Origin: Thermomicrobiales bacterium | GTDB taxonomy: Bacteria > Chloroflexota > Chloroflexia > Thermomicrobiales > UBA6265 | Direction of reading: 5' to 3' | Length of the DNA: 64,000 nt | NCBI GenBank assembly: GCA_035944555.1 | Contig: DASZAY010000012.1 | Span: forward strand, 77,899 to 141,898 | Part shown: one piece after another, positions 47,664 to 55,548 of the stretch | Layout: each line of letters starts with the position of its first letter | How positions within the stretch are numbered: position 1 is the first letter of the stretch | Program-made: the position numbers and the translations under genes | Notes under the pieces: generated by a model | Databases searched by the model: none | The model's input: the letters and a program-made list of their open reading frames with translations, nothing else | What the model was told of the DNA's origin: nothing

Positions 47664-49199
47664 CTACTCCGTGTCCCAGGCGCGAGCCCGGTCGACCGCC
47701 CGGCGCCAGAGGTGGTGACGCGTGTCGCGCTCATCAGCCGAGATGGCGGGTTCGAAGCGTCGTCCCTCGCCGTTTCGCGTCCGGGCCCGGTGCTGATCCG
47801 GCGTGTCCAGCCCCGCACCGATCCGGGCGAGGGCGGCGGCACCGAGAGCCGTCGTTTCGAGCACCGGCGAGCGCACGACGGGGACGCCGAGCAGGTCGGC
47901 CTGGAGCTGGAGCAGGAGGTCGTTGGCCGCCGCGCCGCCATCAACGCGTAGCTCGGTGAGCGGGACGGGCGCGTCGGTGACCATCGCGTCGATGACATCG
48001 CGAGTCTGGTGGGCAATCGCTTCCAGGGCAGCCCGGGCGATGTGGGCCTTCGTGGTTCCGCGTGAGAGCCCGATGATCAGCCCACGGGCGTCGGGATCCC
48101 AGTCCGGTGCGCCGAGTCCGGTCAGCGCAGGGACGAACACCACACCGCCACTGTCATCGACCGTCGCGGCCAGATCCTCGATCTCGTGCGCTTGTCGGAT
48201 CAGCCCGAGACCATCGCGGAGCCACTGGACAGCCGCGCCAGTCACGAAGATCGAGCCTTCCAGTGCATAACGAGGCGACTCACCGGCGATCTGCCAGGCA
48301 AGGGTGGTGAGCAGCCCGTGACTGGATTCGATCGGAGCCGCCCCGGTCTGCATCAGGAGGAACGATCCGGTGCCGTACGTGTTCTTGGCTTCGCCCGGCT
48401 TCAGGCACGCCTGGCCGAAGAGCGCGGCGTGCTGGTCCCCGGCGATGCCGGTCACGGGGATCTCAGCGCCGAAAAGGTCCGGCTGGGTCGAACCGAAATC
48501 ACCGGCCGAGGGCAGGACCTGGGGTAGCATCGCGGCCGGGATCGCGAGGTCGGCAAGGAGCTCAGCCGACCACTCGCCCGCCCGGATGTCGAACAGCATG
48601 GTCCGGCCCGCGTTGGTGATATCCGTCCGGTGCTGACCGCCGGTGAGGTGCCAGAGAAGCCACGAGTCGACCGTGCCGAAGACGATCTCGCCGGCCTCGG
48701 CGCGACGACGCAGGTCGGGGTAACCCTCGAGCATCGCGGCGATCTTGGTCGCCGAGAAGTAGGCGTCCGGCCGCAGTCCCGTGATCCGGTGGTAACGCTC
48801 CGCCTGCCCGCGCCGGACGATCTCCTCGACGATCGGCGCCGTCTGCCGGCTCTGCCACGAGATCGCCGGGGCGACCGGCGCGCCGGAATGGCGGTCCCAC
48901 AGGACAGTGGTCTCCCGCTGGTTGGTGATGCCGATCGCCGCGATGTCCGCCGCCGCGACCCCGGCCCGGTCAATGGCCTTCCGGGCAACATCGAGCGTGA
49001 CATCCAGCAACTGGTCGGCATCCTGGTCGACCCAGCCGGAGCGTGGGTAGGTGGGCGTAACCGGCCGCTGGGCGGTGGCCAGGAGCGCATTGTCGTCGCC
49101 GTAGATGATCGCGCGGCTCGAGGTCGTTCCCTGATCCAGCGCGAGGATCACTCCGGTCGCTGTCGTCGTTGTCGTGCCGTCCGTCATCGGTCCGGTCAC
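47664..49199 (-). CDS. glpK: Glycerol kinase
   Basis: Contains ILALDQGTTSSRAIIY, GITNQRETTVLWD, and the FGGY-family C-terminus LRVDGGAAANDLLLQLQADLLGVPV. Confidence 0.95.
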   Translation of the reverse strand: MTGPMTDGTTTTTATGVILALDQGTTSSRAIIYGDDNALLATAQRPVTPTYPRSGWVDQDADQLLDVTLDVARKAIDRAGVAAADIAAIGITNQRETTVLWDRHSGAPVAPAISWQSRQTAPIVEEIVRRGQAERYHRITGLRPDAYFSATKIAAMLEGYPDLRRRAEAGEIVFGTVDSWLLWHLTGGQHRTDITNAGRTMLFDIRAGEWSAELLADLAIPAAMLPQVLPSAGDFGSTQPDLFGAEIPVTGIAGDQHAALFGQACLKPGEAKNTYGTGSFLLMQTGAAPIESSHGLLTTLAWQIAGESPRYALEGSIFVTGAAVQWLRDGLGLIRQAHEIEDLAATVDDSGGVVFVPALTGLGAPDWDPDARGLIIGLSRGTTKAHIARAALEAIAHQTRDVIDAMVTDAPVPLTELRVDGGAAANDLLLQLQADLLGVPVVRSPVLETTALGAAALARIGAGLDTPDQHRARTRNGEGRRFEPAISADERDTRHHLWRRAVDRARAWDTE

Positions 49200-49296
49200 C
49201 TTCCTTTACGAGCCGGCCGCCGGGCCAGGGCCGATCCTTCCCGATGCCGCCGCATTGCGAAGCACAGGCCACGGGCGAAGCCTGCGCTGGCCGATG

Positions 49297-50151
49297 TCAG
49301 CCGCCGACTGCGCCGCGGCGCTCCTCGATCGCTGCCGACGTGACGCCGAGCAAACCCTCGACCGTCAGCCCGACCCGCCCGAGCAGGAATCCGTCCAGGT
49401 TCGGGAGTTCCCGCAGCAACGGCGCGACCGATTCCACCGAGACGCTGCCGCCATAGAGGAGGGGAACGTCCGGCCGCTCGATCAGGATCGTACCGAACCG
49501 GTCGTTGAGCGCGGCAGTGATCTCGGCCAAAATCGGACGGATGTCGTCCGGGCCGGCCGCAGTCGACGCGCCGATCGCCCAGGCAGGCTCGTAGGCGATC
49601 AGGACGCGGTCGAGCGCCGTGCGGTCAATCCGGCTCAGCGCGATCTTGACCTGCCGGCGGACCGTCTCGACCCCGACCCCATGTGCCCGGTCGTCGGCGT
49701 TCTCACCAACGCAGAGCATCACGCGGAGCCCGCCTTCGAGCGCGACGCCGACCTTGCGGGCGACCGACTCATTGGTCTCGCCGAACAGCGTCCGCCGCTC
49801 GGCGTGGCCGATCAGGACCAGGTCGGTCCCGAGCGCGGCCAGCATTGGGGTGGAAATCTCACCGGTGAAGGCGCCGTTGAGATGCCCCTCGACGTTCTGG
49901 GCACCAATCCAGACGGGAAGGTTCGTGGCGCGCGCCGCCGGGACGGCCGCCGGCAGCGACGTGTAGGGCGGACAGAGGAAGAGTCGCGTGTCCGTCCCGT
50001 CCAGGAGCGTGCGTCCCCGGCGGCCGAGCTCGTCGAGATACGCCACGGTCTCGTCGTTGGTCTGCTGCAGCTTGGTATTGGTCCCGATGTAGAGCGTCCG
50101 GGACCGGGGCTGAGGGCGATCGGCAACCGATAGGGACGGGGACGTCGACAT
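49297..50151 (-). CDS. Triose-phosphate isomerase family protein (divergent N-terminal motif)
   Basis: Contains IGHAERRTLF (catalytic His region) and IAYEPAWAIGAS (catalytic Glu region). The N-terminal lysine motif reads IGTNTKL instead of the canonical GNWKMN. GAGAGGA lies upstream of ATG 50151. Confidence 0.8.
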   Translation of the reverse strand: MSTSPSLSVADRPQPRSRTLYIGTNTKLQQTNDETVAYLDELGRRGRTLLDGTDTRLFLCPPYTSLPAAVPAARATNLPVWIGAQNVEGHLNGAFTGEISTPMLAALGTDLVLIGHAERRTLFGETNESVARKVGVALEGGLRVMLCVGENADDRAHGVGVETVRRQVKIALSRIDRTALDRVLIAYEPAWAIGASTAAGPDDIRPILAEITAALNDRFGTILIERPDVPLLYGGSVSVESVAPLLRELPNLDGFLLGRVGLTVEGLLGVTSAAIEERRGAVGG

Positions 50152-50358
50152 ACGGGGGTCCTCTCTGGGCGGCCTGTCCGGAAGGCGGACGACGCGACGG
50201 TCGCGTCCCATTGTCGCCGGAGTCAGAGGATGGCGCCCGGCCGGACCGGAGACTGCTGGAGGCGATGAATCGTCTCCCGGGTGGCGGTCCGGGTGCTGCA
50301 AACGAGTGCCCAGGAGGAGCGGAGAAATCGAACGTGAATTGCTGAACCTTCCGGGTGA

Positions 50359-50387
50359 TTGACCAAGTATTACGTATTTGCTAAGGT
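50359..50387 (+). promoter_or_regulatory. Candidate sigma-70-type promoter TTGACC-N17-TAAGGT
   Basis: Lies in the most AT-rich patch of the window (..gattgaccaagtattacgtatttgctaaggtagagt..). It is oriented toward rpsP, about 550 nt upstream of its ATG. Confidence 0.4.
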
Positions 50388-50510
50388 AGAGTAGCTGTCA
50401 TCCCGCTATGTGCGGCCTGTCCGGCCCCTCGGGATCCACCAAACATTTCTCATTTCGCCCGTTCATGCCAGTACCGCAGGTACCGACGGGCCGACCCAGG
50501 AGCATCTGTC

Positions 50511-50720
50511 TTGACTGCATCCGTCGTCCCTCCCGCCGCGCCATTGATCGCCAATCGCCCGAGCGCCCTCATCGCGCAGGCGCTCGTCGAGCGGCAGAGT
50601 GCTGGCCAGATCACCGCTCGTGCTAACGAGATGGGGCTACCCAGCGCGATGACCAAAGTGATCGTCGCTGCCTGTGGGTGTGAGTCCACACCGACGACTT
50701 CCCCGGCTACCCAGCACTGA
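50511..50720 (+). CDS. Hypothetical 69-aa ORF in the rpsP leader region (TTG start); coding status uncertain
   Basis: Sequence: MTASVVPPAAPLIANRPSALIAQALVERQSAGQITARANEMGLPSAMTKVIVAACGCESTPTTSPATQH. Third-position GC is about 74% by hand count, somewhat below neighbouring genes. There is no clear SD and no family recognised. Confidence 0.25.
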   Translation: MTASVVPPAAPLIANRPSALIAQALVERQSAGQITARANEMGLPSAMTKVIVAACGCESTPTTSPATQH

Positions 50721-50847
50721 GCAACGTGCCGTACGGATTGCCGGTTGCGACAGGCTGTGCGACAATCGCCGATGCTGACCGTGGGGAAGGGTTTCGGCTA
50801 CCCCCATGGCGTGGACCAGATGGTCCCCGCAACAGCGCGTTCCGGCC

Positions 50848-50882
50848 GACCCGGGGGGTATCGCCCACCGGGTCTCTGTTTG
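50848..50882 (+). terminator. Hairpin plus T-rich tail 58 nt upstream of rpsP; terminator or attenuator candidate
   Basis: GACCCGGGGG-gtatcg-CCC(a)CCGGGTC forms 10 bp with one bulged A, followed by TCTGTTTG. Confidence 0.45.
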
Positions 50883-50939
50883 CCGGTCCGCAGCCGACTC
50901 GCTGACCGCGGGTCTGTCCGATGAAAGAGGTCCATTGTC

Positions 50940-51233
50940 ATGATCAAGATCCGCCTCAAGCGCATGGGTGCCAAGAAGCGTCCGAGCTATCGTCTGATCG
51001 TTGCCGACAGCCGGTCGCCCCGGGATGGTCGCTTCATCGAAACCATCGGGTTCTACGATCCGATCGCCGAGCCGGCTATCATCCGGGTCGATGGCGATCG
51101 CGCTCGCCACTGGTTCAGCGTTGGCGCCCAGCCGACTGATACCGCCCGCTCGCTGCTGGTCAAGCAGGGCATCCTGACCCAGTCCGGCAAGCTGAAGCCG
51201 GCCGTGGAGAGCACCGAGGCCACCACCGCCTGA
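50940..51233 (+). CDS. rpsP: 30S ribosomal protein S16
   Basis: Starts [47 protein letters not shown] lies upstream of the ATG. Confidence 0.95.
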   Translation: MIKIRLKRMGAKKRPSYRLIVADSRSPRDGRFIETIGFYDPIAEPAIIRVDGDRARHWFSVGAQPTDTARSLLVKQGILTQSGKLKPAVESTEATTA

Positions 51234-51265
51234 TCGGTGGCCGGCCAGTCGAACGGGGAAGCACG

Positions 51266-51616
51266 ATGCGTGACGACCACGTTCCCGAGTACACCGGCCC
51301 ACGCGACCGCACCCAGCGTGCGGTCGAACGGCCGGACCATGATTCGGACCTGACTCCAGCCGGCAATACCGACGCCGAAGCGCACCTCGAAAACGTGGTG
51401 CGCTTCCTTGCGTCCGCCCTCGTCGACGAGCCGGATGCGGTCGAGGTCACCAGCCGGAGCCGCGAGCACAGCGTTTACCTCAACCTCCGGGTCGGGGACG
51501 GCGAGCTGGGCAAGGTCATCGGCCGGCAGGGTCGGACGGCACGAGCGATCCGGACCGCGGTCCAGATCGCCGGAGCACGCCATGACGTCCGAGCTTCCCT
51601 CGACATCGAAGGCTGA
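51266..51616 (+). CDS. KH domain RNA-binding protein (YlqC/UPF0109 family) with N-terminal extension
   Basis: Contains LVDEPDAVEVTSRSREHSVYLNLRVGDGELGKVIGRQGRTARAIRTAV, with the KH GxxG motif as GRQG. It occupies the conserved position between rpsP and rimM. Confidence 0.85.
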   Translation: MRDDHVPEYTGPRDRTQRAVERPDHDSDLTPAGNTDAEAHLENVVRFLASALVDEPDAVEVTSRSREHSVYLNLRVGDGELGKVIGRQGRTARAIRTAVQIAGARHDVRASLDIEG

Positions 51617-52424
51617 GCCCACCGGCGAGACCGGTACGGAGCAGCCCACTCGTCCCGCCGCTCGCCCCCGGACCGCCGTACCACGGCGCCCCTCACCGAG
51701 GAAGCGCCCTCGCGCCACGCCGCCCGCTGCCACACCCGGCACGGACCGGGGAGCGGCTGTTCCGGCGCCGGGCGATCCTCCTCCCTTCGCCCCACAGTTG
51801 CCCGGGCCACCTCGCCGCACGGCTCGATCGCCCGGTCGTCCCGTTCCGGCACCACGCCCGCAGCCATTCCGGACCAGACGCCTCGATGAAACGACCGGGC
51901 CTGATTTCGCCCAGGCGGTCGGCGAGGTCCGGCTTGCGGTCGGTGTCCTCGTCGGGGTCCATGGCATCCATGGCGAGCTCAAGCTTCAGCTCTGGACGGA
52001 CACTCCTGATCACCTCAAGTCGATCCGGTCTGTCTGGATCGGTGAGGAGCAGCAGACCCGGCGATTGACCGGCGTCCGCCTGACGCCCGATCGGGCCCTG
52101 ATCCGGATCGCCGGAGTGAGCTCGCCGGAGGTTGCACGGACCTTCGTCGGCCAGACCCTCTACATCGCCGGGACCGACGCCCGTCCGCTGGATGAGGGCG
52201 AACTCTTCCTTTACCAGCTTGTCGGGCTGCGGGTATCGCAGGAGGATGGCACCGAGATCGGCTCGATCGCCGATGTGATCGAGACCGGCGCCAATGACGT
52301 GCTGGTGATCAAGCCGCCGGCGGGCGGGCCGGATATCCTCTATCCGCATCACCGCGAGTTCGTTGTCGGCGTCGATCTCGAGGCCGGCACGATGACGGTT
52401 CGCCCGCTCGATTTCCTGAACTAG
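51582..52424 (+). CDS. rimM: Ribosome maturation factor RimM with a Pro/Arg-rich N-terminal extension
   Basis: The C-terminal 175 aa, LAVGVLVGVHGIHGELKLQLWTD ... GELFLYQLVGLRV ... VLVIKPPAGGPDILYPHHREFVVGVDLEAGTMTV, form the RimM plus PRC-barrel pattern. The first in-frame ATG after the KH gene region is 51582. A TTG about 45 codons upstream of the domain is an alternative start. Confidence 0.85.
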   Translation: MTSELPSTSKAEPTGETGTEQPTRPAARPRTAVPRRPSPRKRPRATPPAATPGTDRGAAVPAPGDPPPFAPQLPGPPRRTARSPGRPVPAPRPQPFRTRRLDETTGPDFAQAVGEVRLAVGVLVGVHGIHGELKLQLWTDTPDHLKSIRSVWIGEEQQTRRLTGVRLTPDRALIRIAGVSSPEVARTFVGQTLYIAGTDARPLDEGELFLYQLVGLRVSQEDGTEIGSIADVIETGANDVLVIKPPAGGPDILYPHHREFVVGVDLEAGTMTVRPLDFLN

Positions 52425-52452
52425 TTGCAGCGGACCGAATAGCGAATGGAAA

Positions 52453-52490
52453 CGCGGCTCCGGCGTCTCGCTGGGGCCGCGCCGCTTTTT
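52453..52490 (+). terminator. Short GC hairpin followed by T5 after rimM
   Basis: GCGGC..(loop)..GCCGC is followed by TTTTT at 52486..52490. The stem is only about 5 bp, with alternative registers possible. Confidence 0.4.
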
Positions 52491-52598
52491 CGGGTTGCGA
52501 CCGCGATGAAAGCCGGAGGCGATGGGCGCGGCAACGACCTTGGTATTCGGTCGTGGGTGGGCCCGCACCGGGCGCGAGTACCTGCGATCTTTGCCGCT

Positions 52599-53215
52599 CT
52601 AGCGAGCGAGGAATGTCACGACCAAGCCGAGGTGGACGGTGTTGAAGGCAGAGGTCAGCAGGCTATGGACCAGGATAATCCGGCGGATCCACCGGTTCGT
52701 CACTCGGGCAGTCCCGCTGGAGAAGGAGGCTCCGATGGCGAACGAGAAGTAGACGAAGTCGAATATGTCCGGCTCGTCCTCGTCTTCGAAATGGAGCCCA
52801 CGGTCGAGGTAGTGGCTGGCCGCGTGGGCCAGCGTGAACGACGTCAGTAGCAGGAATTTGCCGGAGACGATGCCGAGCGTCCCGCCAATGGTAGAGCAGC
52901 TCCTGACCGTCCGACCTGATCACGATGATCGCGCTCAGGACCGAGAACGCCGCGATGGCAACTGTGAAGTCGACGCCGGTTTCCTTGCCGAGGAACCATC
53001 GGTACAAGCGATTGATCTTGACGGTGTTCTGCCACTCGGCCCATAACGCCTCTCTGATGCAGAGGCGTGCAGGAACGCGAGGATTGTCAGAACAAGATAT
53101 GCGAAGGCGAACGCCAGGTCAGTGATGGAAATCGAGTGGAAGGAGTCGACCTGCGATTGGGGCCGTATTGGATGGACACCAGGATGGAGACCGGGACGCA
53201 GGACCGGGAGGCGAT
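52599..53215 (-). pseudogene. DUF1345 family membrane protein, decayed (at least 2-3 frameshifts, no identifiable start)
   Basis: Hand translation of the minus strand gives three pieces in three frames. The 3' part (52602..52919) reads ..IGGTLGIVSGKFLLLTSFTLAHAASHYLDRGLHFEDEDEPDIFDFVYFSFAIGASFSSGTARVTNRWIRRIILVHSLLTSAFNTVHLGLVVTFLAR*, the DUF1345 C-terminal signature. The middle part is in a second frame (ORF 52663..53007: ..WFLGKETGVDFTVAIAAFSVLSAIIVI..). The 5' part is in a third frame (..SISITDLAFAFAYLVLTILAFLHASASERR..). GC content is locally reduced. Confidence 0.6.
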
Positions 53216-53312
53216 CCCCAGTCGGACGTTATCGCGACGGAGGACACTCTGCTACCAGTTTCCGGACCTCAACCGAGTCCGGACCTCGCCAGCAAGGCGA
53301 GGCCCGCACGTC

Positions 53313-54203
53313 TCACGTTAGACGGCCCGGCAGGCGCTCGATGGTACGGACGGTGAGGGCGGCTGCTCTCCGGCCAACTTCGGCCAGCGGGAACTCGTCC
53401 ATCGCGCCGCCAAGATCCGTCGCAGCGGTGTACTCGTTGTTGGAGATGTCCTTGATCGGCAACAGCGGCAGGTCCAGCCGCTGGCAGATCACGCCCAGAG
53501 CCGCCGTTTCCATCTCCTCGCAGAGCGTCCCGTGGCGCTCGAACAGGATGTCGATCCGCGCCGTCGCCTGGGTCCAGGTGTCGGCCGAGGCGACCGCCCC
53601 GACATGGATCTGCGGGACGTGACCGGTCGTCGGCCACGGCTCAGGTTGCCAGTCTGCGGCCGCCTCGTGAGCGGCACGAAGCAGCTCGGGATCGCTCGGC
53701 GTCTCGGAGGGCGGCAACGGGTCGGGGCCGGTCGAGAGCGTGTTGCCCCGGTAACGCTCGGTACCGTCCGGGAGCAGGTCGAAGGCGGCGTGGTTGATCG
53801 AGACGTCGCCGATGATCACGTCGCCCAGCGTCAGGTCTCGCCGGTGCGCGCCAGCGCAGCCGTAGGAGATCACCGCGCGGATGGTCATCCGCCCCAGCAG
53901 CGCGGCGAGCGCCCCGGCGGCATTGGCCGGACCGATCCCGGCGAGGACCGCCACGATTGGGTGCCCGGCGATCGTGCCGGACCAGACCGGCCAGGTCCCG
54001 GCCAGCGGGGTCCGGTTCGGCTCCGGCAGGACGGTGAGCTCCCGGCGAGCATCCTCGGTCAGGAGCCCCAGCGCCGGGTCGGCGCTCCCGTCCTCGGCTT
54101 CGTCGAGGACCAGCGCGTCGAACAGGTGACGGAGCTCGGTTCGCATCGCGACGATGATGGCGACCGGGGCGTTGGGGTGCTTGTGGGCGGAAATGGCGGG
54201 CAC
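53313..54203 (-). CDS. PNP_UDP_1 family nucleosidase (MTA/SAH nucleosidase / futalosine hydrolase-like)
   Basis: Contains VAIIVAMRTELRHL, VLAGIGPANAAGALAALL, ISYGCAGA and EEMETAALGVICQRLDLPLLPIKDISN, the typical MtnN/Pfs motif order. Several insertions are present. Confidence 0.75.
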   Translation of the reverse strand: MPAISAHKHPNAPVAIIVAMRTELRHLFDALVLDEAEDGSADPALGLLTEDARRELTVLPEPNRTPLAGTWPVWSGTIAGHPIVAVLAGIGPANAAGALAALLGRMTIRAVISYGCAGAHRRDLTLGDVIIGDVSINHAAFDLLPDGTERYRGNTLSTGPDPLPPSETPSDPELLRAAHEAAADWQPEPWPTTGHVPQIHVGAVASADTWTQATARIDILFERHGTLCEEMETAALGVICQRLDLPLLPIKDISNNEYTAATDLGGAMDEFPLAEVGRRAAALTVRTIERLPGRLT

Positions 54204-54225
54204 GGGACCTCCAGGGAGCCGGGAT

Positions 54226-54606
54226 CTATCGAAGCAGCGAGACGATCATGCTGCCGGCCAGGACGATCAGGACCAGCGTCGAAATGGCGGCGAAGCGGCG
54301 ATCGCCCAGCCGCAGGAAGCCCGCGATGATCCCAAGCGTGGTCACCACCGGCGTCAGCACGATCGCGAAGATCGCCAGCTCTGCGAAGGCTGCCGGGTTG
54401 CCATCGGCGACGGCGTCCGGGAGCTCGCCAAGGGTGAATGTCTCCCGGCCGATGGGATCGCCGCTGACGACGGACGCGACCAGGGAGGCGACGACGAAGG
54501 CGACGCAGACGAAGAAGCCGCTGACCAGGCAGAGGCGTGCGATCCGGTAGACCACGTCGGCAGGCTGCGTCTCGGCCGGGGATGGGGTGGAGGACGGTTG
54601 CTTCAT
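54226..54606 (-). CDS. DUF1634 domain membrane protein
   Basis: Small 3-4 TM protein immediately downstream of a TauE/SafE gene, which is the usual genomic partner. Start set at ATG 54606 (MKQPSS..). Confidence 0.7.
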   Translation of the reverse strand: MKQPSSTPSPAETQPADVVYRIARLCLVSGFFVCVAFVVASLVASVVSGDPIGRETFTLGELPDAVADGNPAAFAELAIFAIVLTPVVTTLGIIAGFLRLGDRRFAAISTLVLIVLAGSMIVSLLR

Positions 54607-54610
54607 CGGG

Positions 54611-55504
54611 CTAGCGCTCCCACGGGACATCGATGCCGGCGGCCTGGAGAATCATCGAGACGGCCAGGAACAGCATGATTGCGACGAACAGCCCGATCAG
54701 CTTCTCGGTCGACATCCGCCGGGTCAGGCGCGGACCGAGCTGCGAGCCGATGAAGACGCCGATCAGCGCGAACACGACGACCTGCGGGTCGATCTCGCCG
54801 GAGGCGTAGTAGACGGTCGCGGTCGCCACGGCGGCGAACCCCACCATGAAGGTGCTGGTCCCGGCCGCCGCCTTGACCGGCACCTTCATCAGCGCCGTCA
54901 TCGCCGGGACCTGGATCAGCCCGCCACCGATGCCGAGCATGCCGGAGAGGACGCCCGCTCCGGCGCCGATCCCGATCCCGGCCCGGATGTTCCGCGGCTC
55001 GTAGGCGATGTCCTTGCCGGTCGCCCGGTCGCGGAACCGCCCGGCGAGCGGGGAGAGGACCGGGGCCGAAGGCGGCGGGTCCTGGGATTCGCCGGGAATC
55101 GCGGTCGGCGCCTCAACCGGTACGACTTGGGGCTTTGGCCGGCGCTGGGCCAGCATCGAGATGATCGCGTAGACGAGGACCGCCGCGAAGATCGCGCTGA
55201 TCACGCGCTGATTCATCGCGACGCCGACGATCGCCCCGACGGTCGCGCCGGCGGCGGTGGTCACCTGGAGCAGCATCGCCAGCCGGAGATTGGTGAACTG
55301 GCTGCGCAGGTGGACCGTCGAGCCGACGACCGAGTTGGCGACGACGGCGACCGCGCTGGCCCCGATCGCCGCCTTCTGGTCGATGCCGAAGAAGATCGTG
55401 AACAGCGGGACGATGAAGATCCCGCCGCCGAGTCCGAGCATCGAGCCGATGATCCCGGCGCCGGCCGAAACGACCGTCAGCAGCAGGAGTTCCTGGAGTT
55501 CCAC
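54611..55504 (-). CDS. Sulfite exporter TauE/SafE family membrane protein
   Basis: Contains GAGIIGSMLGLGGGIFIVPLF and a second internal repeat GVLSGMLGIGGGLIQVPAM, the two-repeat TauE signature. Confidence 0.9.
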   Translation of the reverse strand: MELQELLLLTVVSAGAGIIGSMLGLGGGIFIVPLFTIFFGIDQKAAIGASAVAVVANSVVGSTVHLRSQFTNLRLAMLLQVTTAAGATVGAIVGVAMNQRVISAIFAAVLVYAIISMLAQRRPKPQVVPVEAPTAIPGESQDPPPSAPVLSPLAGRFRDRATGKDIAYEPRNIRAGIGIGAGAGVLSGMLGIGGGLIQVPAMTALMKVPVKAAAGTSTFMVGFAAVATATVYYASGEIDPQVVVFALIGVFIGSQLGPRLTRRMSTEKLIGLFVAIMLFLAVSMILQAAGIDVPWER

Positions 55505-55548
55505 ATTGCCCCCGAAGTGGCTGCCGGCCCGGATCGCGGGTCCGGTCG

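Noticed and set aside
50511-50720. The 69-aa ORF as a RiPP precursor (Cys/Ser/Thr-rich C-terminus AACGCESTPTTSPATQH)
   Set aside because: No modification, protease or export genes lie nearby; the neighbours are the TIM/glpK genes and rpsP. It is kept only as an ORF of uncertain status within the rpsP leader finding.
50790-50900. Possible SRP (4.5S) RNA, because of CCCCGCAAC and CTCTGTTTGCCGGTC strings reminiscent of E. coli ffs
   Set aside because: The diagnostic helix-8 elements (GGAA tetraloop, AGCA / GGUCCGGAAGGAAGCAGCC-type symmetric loop) are absent. The resemblance is limited to short strings.
51408-51581. ORF-track start of the rimM ORF at 51408, which gives a 338-aa product
   Set aside because: The first 58 codons lie entirely inside the KH-domain gene in another frame and encode S/R-rich sequence. 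The first plausible start is ATG 51582 or later.
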